From: a bacterium
Lineage (GTDB): Bacteria > Electryoneota > Electryoneia > Electryoneales > Electryoneaceae
Length of the DNA: 21,106 nt
NCBI GenBank assembly: GCA_043801585.1
Contig: JAZDLX010000016.1
Location: forward strand, 1-21,106
Reading direction: 5' to 3'
Shown here: positions 7,907 to 16,049 of the stretch, one piece after another
Numbering within the stretch: the stretch's first letter is position 1
How the letters are laid out: every line of letters starts with the position of its first letter
Program-made: the position numbers and the translations under genes
Notes under the pieces: generated by a model
The model's database searches: none
What the model saw: the letters and a program-made list of their open reading frames with translations, nothing else
Told to the model about the DNA's origin: nothing

Positions 7907-8102
7907 AACGCCTCGCTGCCTCCTCAACAGTGGTCGTTTAGCTGCCGTAAACCATCAGGTAGTCCTGTTCCATTCCGATGACCTATGATGAATCAGGAAA
8001 ACCCAATGAACGGGAACATAGGCCCGGCTGCAGCCACAGTGCAACCGAAATTCGCTTCAAACCACGTGATTTTTTCGTTCAGGTCCGGATCCGGTGCATC
8101 CC

Positions 8103-9287
8103 TCACAAGATGAGTTGGAGGGAGACCTCCTTTTCGGTGATAAAGTCCACCTGCATCGGCTTGACCTCGTTGTGGTATGTGTCATGCGTGAGGAGTACCA
8201 TTGGCTTCGACTGCACCTCCGGATTTGATCTGGCGATGATACCGTACCATCCGTCATAATTTCCGCTCGATGTCTTCCCGACCCGGACAATGGCGCCCGT
8301 TGGATAGCACTGGATCAATTGAGGGAGAATATTCAGGATGTGCGGATTAAATTTTCCCTTCATCACTGTCGCCATCTCCGTAATCGCCTCTTGAGGACTG
8401 CGAGACGTTCCATCGTGTTCACCGCGAACGAGGTTGTCGTAATAATTCGCGGTGGCGACAATCTCTGAGAAGCGGTGCATGGTGTTCTTCTTGCGCTTGA
8501 ACGCCCTTGTCGGGGGAAACATCTCCCCTTTCACACGGTTTGGATATCCGCTTCCGTCGAAAAGCTCATGATGCTGAAGCACCACCACGTGCTCGATGAA
8601 CGCGTCTGGATCTGATCCCCGCAGGATCAACATCGAATAAACCGGGTGTTCCCGAATGATCATTCGTTCCTCGCGTGATCGTTCCGCAAAGGTTTTACTC
8701 TTGATCGCGGGAAACGCCAGCTTGCCGACATCGTGCAGCATCGCCGCCGTGCCAAGCTGCTTCATCTCCTCCTCATTGAAACCGAATTTCTGTCCGATGA
8801 GAACGGACAGAACGGTTACATCCAGACTGTGCTGCAAATCGGACGCTGACCCTTCACCGATCGGAAGGGCGGCGAATACCTTTTTCCCCGACTGGATGAT
8901 CTCATCAACCAGGGAAGTGACCGCTTTACGAACCTGGGACATGCGAAAGGACGGCCCTTCCGAACCTTCCTCAAGACGCTTCTTGATCTCTTCCGGTGCG
9001 AAAGCCTCAAAGGCAAGGTTAATACTCACACTTTCCAGGGCATCCGCGATCAGTCGGTTCGTCATCACACGAACTGTCTCACTGACGACTTCCTCGGGAT
9101 AGATATCCTTGGTCAGCTCGTCCATTAAATAGATGTAATAGTATTTGCGACGGCGGAGGGTGTCGATCATTTCTTCGGTGAGTTTGAACCCTGCAGAAAC
9201 AACCAGTTCGTAAACCTTGTTGTAAAGAGATTTGCCGAGAATATCGCCCGGACTGACTTTGTCGATATTGACGATCCGCATTTGCAT
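8103..9287 (-). CDS. HD-GYP domain protein (c-di-GMP phosphodiesterase family)
   Basis: HSLDV, LHDVGK, HP..S, HHELFDGSGYP, FNP, and C-terminal YPTG..V plus P.V motifs. Confidence 0.88.
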   Translation of the reverse strand: MQMRIVNIDKVSPGDILGKSLYNKVYELVVSAGFKLTEEMIDTLRRRKYYYIYLMDELTKDIYPEEVVSETVRVMTNRLIADALESVSINLAFEAFAPEEIKKRLEEGSEGPSFRMSQVRKAVTSLVDEIIQSGKKVFAALPIGEGSASDLQHSLDVTVLSVLIGQKFGFNEEEMKQLGTAAMLHDVGKLAFPAIKSKTFAERSREERMIIREHPVYSMLILRGSDPDAFIEHVVVLQHHELFDGSGYPNRVKGEMFPPTRAFKRKKNTMHRFSEIVATANYYDNLVRGEHDGTSRSPQEAITEMATVMKGKFNPHILNILPQLIQCYPTGAIVRVGKTSSGNYDGWYGIIARSNPEVQSKPMVLLTHDTYHNEVKPMQVDFITEKEVSLQLIL

Positions 9288-9475
9288 TCTCCCATCAAAC
9301 GCATGCTATCGGGAAGACGAGAGAATCGTCTTCTTCCATTCACATGCTGTGTAAACGCCCCAATGGAAAATAGTCGCTCGAGCAGCCGCACTCAACGAGA
9401 AAAAGAGTACCTTCTCGTGCATGCTCGCTGCTGCGTGCGGCAACCACGACGCGGTGAAATCCCGTATACTTCAGC

Positions 9476-10627
9476 ATGACCACAACACCCGGGCTTGATC
9501 GGCGGCGACTGAAAGCTCTGCGCCATGCGCTCAGGTCATGGTACGTGATGTCCGCAAGAAATCTGCCCTGGCGCCGCACCGACGATCCTTATCGTATCTG
9601 GATCAGCGAGGTGATGCTGCAGCAAACACGTGTGGATACCGTCCTCGCCTACTACGATCGTTTCCTCAGTGCATTTCCCGACATCATCAGCCTTGCAAAT
9701 GCGGACCAGGACCCGCTGCTCAAACAATGGGAGGGACTGGGCTATTATCGCAGGGCGCAGAACCTGAAACGCGCCGCCCGCATCATTCTTGACCGGTACG
9801 GTGGAGAGCCACCGCACACATCGGAACAATGGTCACGACTTCCCGGAATAGGCCGTTACACCGCCGCCGCCATCGCCTCAATCGCCTTCGGTGAACCAGC
9901 CGCCGTGCTCGACGGAAATGTGAAGCGGGTTCTCGCACGGCTGTTTGCGATCCGTGACTCCATTGACAAGCCCGCCGTCGAACGGATTCTCTGGCAGGCC
10001 GCACAGATGTTGCTCGATCCCGAACATCCGGGCAATCACAACCAGGCAATGATGGAACTTGGCGCCACACTCTGCACTCCTTACACCCCCTCCTGCGATC
10101 TCTGTCCCCTCTCTGCTCATTGTGAAAGTTTCCAGAAGGGGCTGCAGGATACCCTGCCAGCGAGGTCAAAAAAGAAATCGGTTCCAACGCGTCAATCGGT
10201 TGTGGCGGTCATCCGCCGTTCGGACGGTGGATTGCTGATCGTCCGTCGTCCCGACCGCGGACTTCTCGCAGGGCTCTGGGAATTGCCACAGGTAGAGATG
10301 AAGAAAAGTGAAAGCAAACGTGCAGCGTTTCGTCGATTGATGCGCGAATATTTCGGGGAATCGTTTGAACCAGGGGAAAAAGTTGCGAATGTGCGCCATA
10401 CCTATTCTCATTTCCACCTTGAGGCAACCGCCTTTTCATGCAAAAATGCCGTCGCGATTGAAAAATCCTTAAAGCTTTTCTTGAAGAAAAACAGAATCAG
10501 CAGTTACACGATTCCTGCAGGAAAGGTGACACCTCGATCTTTTGCCTGGTTGTCGGATAAATCAAAAGAAAACCATGCTCTGCATAGAGCTCACCAGAAA
10601 CTGATCGAAGCGATGGAGTCTTTGTGA
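9476..10627 (+). CDS. mutY: A/G-specific adenine glycosylase
   Basis: RNLPWR, WISEVMLQQT, WEGLGYY, HhH LPGIGRYTA..IAS, DGNVKRV, MELGATLC-x6-C-x2-C-x5-C Fe-S motif, NUDIX-like C-terminus (GLLAGLWELP, HTYSHF). Confidence 0.97.
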   Translation: MTTTPGLDRRRLKALRHALRSWYVMSARNLPWRRTDDPYRIWISEVMLQQTRVDTVLAYYDRFLSAFPDIISLANADQDPLLKQWEGLGYYRRAQNLKRAARIILDRYGGEPPHTSEQWSRLPGIGRYTAAAIASIAFGEPAAVLDGNVKRVLARLFAIRDSIDKPAVERILWQAAQMLLDPEHPGNHNQAMMELGATLCTPYTPSCDLCPLSAHCESFQKGLQDTLPARSKKKSVPTRQSVVAVIRRSDGGLLIVRRPDRGLLAGLWELPQVEMKKSESKRAAFRRLMREYFGESFEPGEKVANVRHTYSHFHLEATAFSCKNAVAIEKSLKLFLKKNRISSYTIPAGKVTPRSFAWLSDKSKENHALHRAHQKLIEAMESL

Positions 10628-10806
10628 TATGAAATCACTAATTCCATAATTCTGATAATATATCTCCATTATCTAATTCATTATTTCGTTAATCACTCCA
10701 AACTGCTTTCATTCCCGCTCTCAATTTCTATATTTGAAGTTCCTTTGTGCCAGCTTTGCTTATTACAAGAGCCCCGTTTCACCATTTTACTATGCTGGAG
10801 CCGATG

Positions 10807-12951
10807 ATGAAGAAGTTATTGATCCCACTGTCCGTCCTCCTCGTTGTTTCCAGTTCCGCCATTGCAAAAGAAGGCATGTGGTTGATGACCCAACTTGGCG
10901 ATCTCGATCTGGCCAGTCAGGGTTTGAAGGTTACTGCGGAACAGATCTATACACCGGGTGAAACATGCCTTCTCGATGCGATTGTCAACATGGGAGGAGC
11001 GTCAGGAGCCTTTGTGTCCCCTCAGGGATTGATCCTGACGAACCATCATGTGGCGTTCAGCGCCATCCAGCGGGCGTCCACAAAAGGCAAGAACTACCTG
11101 GAAGAGGGGTTTGTCGCAAAATCGATGGAGGATGAACTCCCCGCCCCGGGTTCCTATGCGAGGATCATCACCGAAATTCGCGATGTCACCGCTGAAGTAC
11201 AGGCAGCGGGGGCAAAGATCAAGGACCCCGTAAAAAAACGGCGTGCGATCCTGAAGAAGATGACAGAGTTGGAGGAGATCGAACGAGCCAAGGGTGAAGA
11301 CATCGACGCGACGGTTGCCGAGCTTTATGACGGGATCCTTTACCACCTTTACGTTTACAAACGGTTCAGAGACATCCGTATCGTTTTCGCGCCCCCGCAG
11401 TCCATCGGGAATTACGGAAGCGAAATCGACAACTGGATGTGGCCGAGGCATACCGGCGACTTCACTTACCTGCGGGCGTATGTCAGCCCGGATGGAGTCA
11501 GCCGTGAGTACAGCGCGGAGAACGTGCCCTACCAACCGAAAAAATGGCTGAAAATATCGACGGACAACCTCAACGAAGGTGACATGACGTTCATCATCGG
11601 TTTCCCCGGGAAGACTGATCGTTATGCGAGCCATTATGATGTTGAATTCTACAGGGATGTGCAGTACCCCTACTCGATCGCGACCAACCAGATACTGATC
11701 GACCTTATCGAATCCGCCTGCGACACAACAGAGCTTTCCAGGATCAAGGCCACCGGACGCACTCGCTGGCTTTACAACGGGATGAAAAACAACAAGGGCG
11801 TGCTGCGCGGCATGTACGCCGAAAATTTCCTCGAACAGAAAAGGGCCTTTGACAACGATTTACAGGCGTTCATCATGTCCGACCGTAAGCTGCGCAAGCA
11901 ATACGGCAATTTGCTCGAGGAAATCGGCAACACTTTCAAAGAAAAAAAGTCCACCATCGAACGGGAAAGGGTTTTTTCGCTGTTCGGCAGGAGCGGTGCG
12001 ATGCCTCTTGCCCGCGCGTATTTCGCCTATGAAACCGCCCGGGAAATCGAAAAGCCTGCCGATCAGCGCCGTGCGGACTGGTCCAAAACGGAAACCGAAT
12101 GGTACAAGCGTTATTACCGCTACGGGTTCGTCAACGTCTTCGAACCGTTCGAGAGAGCATTGCTCAGGTACACGCTTCAGCGCGCAAACGACCTTCCTGC
12201 CGATCAGAGGATCAAAGCTGTGGACGACCTGATCGCCGCGCACGGATCCATCGACGCCTTGCTCGAGTACCTGTTCGACGGCACAAAGATGATGGATGGC
12301 TCCTTTGCCATTCCGCTCCTCGATGCAACCAGCAAGGAAATCGAAGCGATCGACGATCCGATTATTCGGTTTGCCGTCGCTCTCTACCCTGAACAGGACG
12401 CCTTGCATCAGCTGGAGGAGACGCGCAAAGCACGCCAAGATGAGTTGAGCCGGCAGTACATGGAGATGATCGAGGCGAAAAACGGGCTCCCCTATCCGGA
12501 TGCCACGGGAACCGTTCGTTTCACCCTCGGGAAAGTCGAGGGGTATTCGCCCCGTGATGCGGTCGTCTACAAACCCTTCACAACCCTGACTGGTGTCATC
12601 GAGAAGAACACCGGTGAAGAACCGTTTGACATGCCGCCGGAGCTTGGGGTGCTGGAGAAAAACCGAGATTTCGGCATCTGGGAGGATCCGGAACTGAAGG
12701 ATATTCCGGTGGCATTCACCCACGTCCTCGACATCACCGGTGGCAACAGCGGCAGCCCGGCGTTCAACGCCAAGGGTGAGATGATCGGCATCGCCTTCGA
12801 CGGCAATTTCGAGGCACTGCTCGGCGACTGGAAATTTCAGCCGGAAATCAACCGGACAATCAGCGTGGACACCCGTTACGTGATGTTCCTGACGGAAAAA
12901 TTCGCCAAGGCGCAGTGGCTTCTCGACGAGATGGGAGTGAAAACGAAGTAG
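10807..12951 (+). CDS. S46 family dipeptidyl peptidase (DPP7-like)
   Basis: Signal peptide then EGMW, LILTNHHV, DNWMWPRHTGDF, GFPG.T.R, YPDA..T.R and DITGGNSGSP catalytic Ser motif. FDGN has Gly at the S1 position as in DPP7 rather than Arg as in DPP11. Start ATG 10807 (or 10804) after GGAG. Confidence 0.95.
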   Translation: MKKLLIPLSVLLVVSSSAIAKEGMWLMTQLGDLDLASQGLKVTAEQIYTPGETCLLDAIVNMGGASGAFVSPQGLILTNHHVAFSAIQRASTKGKNYLEEGFVAKSMEDELPAPGSYARIITEIRDVTAEVQAAGAKIKDPVKKRRAILKKMTELEEIERAKGEDIDATVAELYDGILYHLYVYKRFRDIRIVFAPPQSIGNYGSEIDNWMWPRHTGDFTYLRAYVSPDGVSREYSAENVPYQPKKWLKISTDNLNEGDMTFIIGFPGKTDRYASHYDVEFYRDVQYPYSIATNQILIDLIESACDTTELSRIKATGRTRWLYNGMKNNKGVLRGMYAENFLEQKRAFDNDLQAFIMSDRKLRKQYGNLLEEIGNTFKEKKSTIERERVFSLFGRSGAMPLARAYFAYETAREIEKPADQRRADWSKTETEWYKRYYRYGFVNVFEPFERALLRYTLQRANDLPADQRIKAVDDLIAAHGSIDALLEYLFDGTKMMDGSFAIPLLDATSKEIEAIDDPIIRFAVALYPEQDALHQLEETRKARQDELSRQYMEMIEAKNGLPYPDATGTVRFTLGKVEGYSPRDAVVYKPFTTLTGVIEKNTGEEPFDMPPELGVLEKNRDFGIWEDPELKDIPVAFTHVLDITGGNSGSPAFNAKGEMIGIAFDGNFEALLGDWKFQPEINRTISVDTRYVMFLTEKFAKAQWLLDEMGVKTK

Positions 12952-12982
12952 GTTTGTTTTGCCGATAAGGCGGATTCATGAG

Positions 12983-13020
12983 ATGGCCTGGGGATAAGAA
13001 TCTTCGGGTCATTTCTTATT
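12983..13020 (+). terminator. Probable terminator of the S46 peptidase gene
   Basis: ATGGCCTGGGGAT-AAGA-ATCTTCGGGTCAT 13-bp stem with G:U pairs, followed by TTCTTATT. Confidence 0.65.
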
Positions 13021-13022
13021 AG

Positions 13023-13108
13023 TTGTGGCAGGTCGTGAATCAGTCGGCTGACTGATGGAGACCTGCCACAAGAATTCCGTCAGGTCTCCGCTTCGCTAAC
13101 AACCTGAC
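13023..13108. repeat. Nested palindromic element (TTGTGGCAGGTC...GACCTGCCACAA with inner ATCAGTC/GACTGAT) plus a related GTCAGGT...ACCTGAC hairpin
   Basis: 12-bp inverted repeat at 13023-13034/13060-13071, 7-bp inner stem at 13039-13056, second hairpin at 13079-13108. Confidence 0.7.
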
Positions 13109-13209
13109 AGAACAGAAAAAAAACGGCATGAAACCCGACTTGCAGGCAAATCGGGCCACCCGCGAATCCCCGGGCCATTTCTTTAGGTCATCCTGACGTC
13201 GAAGTTCAT

Positions 13210-13447
13210 GTAAGCCGGGGTCTCCGAATCCGGCTTATGATCTTGTAGGCCGGGGTCTCCGAACCCGGCTTATAGTCCTTGTAGGCCGGGGTCTCCGAAC
13301 CCGGCTTATGATCTTGTAGGCCGAGGTCTCCGAACCCGGCTCATGATCTTGTAGGCCGGGGTCTCCGAACCCGGCTTATGGTCCTTGTAGGCCGGGGTCT
13401 CCGAACCCGGCTTATGGTCCTTGTAGGCCGAGGTCTCCGAACCCGGC
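13210..13447 (+). repeat. Tandem array of 7 REP sequences (GTAGGCCGGGGTCTCCGAACCCGGC) with 10-11 nt linkers
   Basis: Copies start at 13210, 13245, 13281, 13316, 13351, 13387 and 13423 (period 35-36). Each is a GTAG tetranucleotide (GTAA in copy 1) plus an imperfect hairpin GCCGGG..CCCGGC. The array abuts the RAYT stop. Confidence 0.95.
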
Positions 13448-13457
13448 TTCCTGCCAT

Positions 13458-13961
13458 TTATTCTCCATATCGTACATCACTCTCTACTTCAACGAATGCC
13501 GACCAATCCACCGGATACTCTCCCCGATCGACGTATTCATGGAAACTTGACGTTCCGTAATCACATGGGCTTTTCACAAAACCATGCTTAACAGGATTGT
13601 AATGGATGTATTCCACCGCCCGTATCTGATCATCCGCATCGTGAATCCGATGTTCCCAAAATCGGGGCTGCCAAAGCGTACCCTTTCCCTGCAACATCGC
13701 ATAATTCAAACGACGTTTCATGTTTTCCACCCATCTTGAGAAAGGCAACTCTCCCTGACGAATGACAACGTGGTGGTGATCGGGCATGAAGACGTAGGCA
13801 ATCAATGTGCCTTTCGCTTCATCCGCACAGCGATTCCATTCTGCCTGGGCACGTCGTTGCGTTTCGATCTCTGCGAAATGTGGAGCACGGTTTCGAGTTA
13901 CACAGGTGAGGAAATAAAGATCGTCTGGGTTGCCAACTTGCAGGCGGATATAATTAGACAT
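13458..13961 (-). mobile_element. REP-associated tyrosine transposase (RAYT/TnpA-REP, HUH Y1 family)
   Basis: YFLTCVT.NR, VFMPDHHH (HUH), LWQPRFWEHRI, YIHYNPVKHG (catalytic Tyr) and SSF; 167 aa; flanked on both sides by GTAG REPs. Confidence 0.95.
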
Positions 13962-13974
13962 GGTGCAGATTCAC

Positions 13975-14029
13975 CGTTCGTTGACGAAAACAGAATGCCG
14001 GGTTCGGAGACCCCGGCCTACAACTACTG
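13975..14029 (+). repeat. 55-bp direct repeat copy 1, containing an inverted REP (13997-14021)
   Basis: CGTTCGTTGACGAAAACAGAATGCCGGGTTCGGAGACCCCGGCCTACAACTACTG, identical to 14229-14283. Confidence 0.95.
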
Positions 14030-14085
14030 AGAAGTTCGACCATGCGCAATGGCTGCTCGACGAAATGGGGGTGAAAACGAAGTAG
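14026..14085 (+). pseudogene. Diverged orphan copy of the S46 peptidase 3' end (TEKFDHAQWLLDEMGVKTK*)
   Basis: 50/60 nt identical to 12892-12951 (TEKFAKAQWLLDEMGVKTK*), followed by a homolog of the S46 3' flank and terminator (14095-14156 vs 12960-13022). Confidence 0.9.
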
Positions 14086-14199
14086 TCCCCGCAGTGCCGA
14101 TAAAACGGATTCATAAATGGTCCAGGGATGCGAATCTCCGGGCCATCTCTTTTCAGTCATCCTGAACGAAGTGAAGGATCTTTGAGTCATTCTGTGAAA

Positions 14200-14223
14200 C
14201 CCGACCCTGAAGGGTCGGGCCAC
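14200..14223 (-). repeat. Second REP-like family (GTGG-CCCGACCCT-TC-AGGGTCGGG)
   Basis: Perfect 9-bp stem preceded by GTGG on the minus strand; related copy at 13134-13159. Confidence 0.65.
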
Positions 14224-14228
14224 CTTGT

Positions 14229-14283
14229 CGTTCGTTGACGAAAACAGAATGCCGGGTTCGGAGACCCCGGCCTACAACTACTG
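14229..14283 (+). repeat. 55-bp direct repeat copy 2, containing an inverted REP (14251-14275)
   Basis: Identical to 13975-14029. Confidence 0.95.
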
Positions 14284-14341
14284 CACTCTTTCGCTCCACG
14301 ACGTTTCTTTTGTGCTATTCAGCTCCATTTTCCCACAAATA

Positions 14342-14366
14342 GCCGGGTTCGGAGACCCCGGCCTAC
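14342..14366 (-). repeat. Isolated cognate REP copy
   Basis: Reverse complement of GTAGGCCGGGGTCTCCGAACCCGGC. Confidence 0.93.
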
Positions 14367-14383
14367 ATTGCTGTTGAATAGAT

Positions 14384-14416
14384 AAAGGAAAACGCCGGAT
14401 TTTCAGTCCGGCGCTT
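14384..14416 (-). terminator. Rho-independent terminator of the nucleoside salvage operon
   Basis: Minus strand GCGCCGGA-CTGAAAA-TCCGGCGT followed by TTTCCTTT, about 40 nt after the nupC stop. Confidence 0.7.
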
Positions 14417-14456
14417 AGAATTTTCTTAAGAGACAACCAATAATAAAAGCGTTCTT

Positions 14457-15764
14457 TTAAATCAGAATCCCCGCGATGGTCGCGGTCTGCCAGCTCGCCA
14501 ATGCGCCGGCGATCATCGCACGGGCGCCGAGACGGGCGAGATCCTTGCGCCGCTCGGGAACGAGGGCGCTGATCCCGCCGATCTGGATCGCGATGGACGA
14601 GATGTTGGCGAAACCGCAGAGGGCGTAGGTCGCAATAATGAAGCTGCGCGGAGTGAGTTGGCTTTTCAGGGCGACCAGATCCACATAGGCGACGAACTCG
14701 TTGATCGAGATCTTCACGCCCATCAAATAGCCGACGTCGATGATGTCCTTGAACGGCACACCCATGAGGAACGCCAGCGGGCTGAACACCCATCCGAAGA
14801 TCACCTTGAGGCTGAGATCATGCAAACCGAAGAGGCCACCCGCCCATCCGAGTATGGCATTCAGCATCGCCACCAGAGCGATGAACGCAATCAGCATCGC
14901 CGCAACGTTCACCGCGAGCTTGAGGCCGTCCGAGGCACCACTCGCCGCAGCGTCGATAACGTTTGAGGAGGTCTTCTCAACGTTGATCTTCAGCGTTCCG
15001 CCGGTTTCCGGCTTGTCCACTTCGGGCACCACGATTTTCGCCATCACCAGCGCCGCCGGAGCGCTCATCACCGAAGCCGCGAGCAGGTGGCCCGGATCGA
15101 TTCCGAAGCGCACATAGGCCGCGAGCACCCCTCCCGCCACCGTCGCGAAACCGCCGGTCATCACCGCCATGATCTCGCTGGGAGTCATGGTTTTGAGGAA
15201 AGGTCGCACCACAAAGGGTGCTTCGGTCTGGCCGACGAAGATGTTCGACGCCGTGCTGAGTGATTCGGCGCCGGAGGTGTGCATCGCGCGCATCATCACC
15301 CAGGCGAATCCCTGCACCAGCCGTTGCATGATTCCGAGGTGGTAGAGCACCGCCATCAGGCTGGCGAAGAAGATGATCGTCGGGAGCACGTGAATCGCGA
15401 AGACCGTGCCCATCTCGACGAAATTGCCGCTGGCGGGGTTGAACACCTGATAGCCTTGAGTGAGGCCACCGGGGACGATGTCATCGGGGATGGAATCGGT
15501 AATGCCGGGGCCCGTCAGGTAAAGGTTCCCGAAGATGAAATGGGCGCCATAGTCGGTGAAGGTGAGAATCTTTGAAATGAAAACCCGTGCGCCCTCGAAG
15601 ATCCACTTCCCGGGCAGGGTTTTCAAAACGAACAGCGCAAAGAAGATCTGCAACCCCACTCCCACACCAACCGTCCGCCATTTGATCGCCTTGCGGTTGT
15701 TGGACATCAGGTACGCGATGCCCATCAGGGCAAAGATGCCAAAGATGCCAATCAGTCTTTCCAC
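14457..15764 (-). CDS. nupC: Concentrative nucleoside transporter (CNT, NupC family)
   Basis: LPTIIFFASL, GAESL...SNIFVGQTEAP, MTGGFATVAG, ASVMSAPA, INEFVAY, YALCGFANISSIAIQIGG; GTG start with AAGGAGG SD. Confidence 0.95.
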   Translation of the reverse strand: MERLIGIFGIFALMGIAYLMSNNRKAIKWRTVGVGVGLQIFFALFVLKTLPGKWIFEGARVFISKILTFTDYGAHFIFGNLYLTGPGITDSIPDDIVPGGLTQGYQVFNPASGNFVEMGTVFAIHVLPTIIFFASLMAVLYHLGIMQRLVQGFAWVMMRAMHTSGAESLSTASNIFVGQTEAPFVVRPFLKTMTPSEIMAVMTGGFATVAGGVLAAYVRFGIDPGHLLAASVMSAPAALVMAKIVVPEVDKPETGGTLKINVEKTSSNVIDAAASGASDGLKLAVNVAAMLIAFIALVAMLNAILGWAGGLFGLHDLSLKVIFGWVFSPLAFLMGVPFKDIIDVGYLMGVKISINEFVAYVDLVALKSQLTPRSFIIATYALCGFANISSIAIQIGGISALVPERRKDLARLGARAMIAGALASWQTATIAGILI

Positions 15765-15824
15765 CCTGCCTCCTTTTCAGTATCGTCAACGCCTACCAGG
15801 TGGTAATCATGTTTTCGGATCTCC

Positions 15825-16049
15825 TCACGCATCGGAAGACGGCGCATCCTCATCCCTGGTTTCTCGAGTACTCAGCATGAGCAGAATCGACATGCCAATG
15901 AAAACACCCGACAGAAAATCCGCGATTTTGAACGCACCGGTGAGGTCCAGACGGTTGACAACAACCAGCAGAATCGTGGCAACGGAGGCGAAGACAGCCG
16001 CCCACGCCCGGCGTTGCACAGCGCTCAGTCCGAGAACCCACCATTTCAT
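15825..16049 (-). CDS. Small two-TM hypothetical membrane protein
   Basis: 74 aa with two hydrophobic segments. The ATG overlaps the tdk stop (ATGA), consistent with translational coupling. Confidence 0.55.
   Translation of the reverse strand: MKWWVLGLSAVQRRAWAAVFASVATILLVVVNRLDLTGAFKIADFLSGVFIGMSILLMLSTRETRDEDAPSSDA

Noticed and set aside
10628..10745. AT-rich tract as oriC or a mobile-element remnant
   Set aside because: No DnaA boxes, terminal repeats or ORF; most simply the S46 promoter region.
13210..13447. CRISPR array
   Set aside because: The intervening sequences are only 10-11 nt and nearly identical rather than unique spacers. The repeat has GTAG-hairpin REP form and adjoins a RAYT, and no cas genes are present.
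13378..13560. 60-aa ORF with MVLVGRGLRTRL repeats, and ORF 13954-14223
   Set aside because: Translations of REP repeats or antisense to the RAYT; no coding evidence.
13458..13961. IS200/IS605 insertion sequence with TnpB
   Set aside because: No tnpB is present. The WQxRFWEH and NPVKHG motifs plus multiple flanking GTAG REPs fit a RAYT.
14026..14085. Diversity-generating retroelement template repeat for the S46 C-terminus
   Set aside because: Mismatches are not confined to template adenines and are mostly synonymous, and there is no reverse transcriptase in the window.
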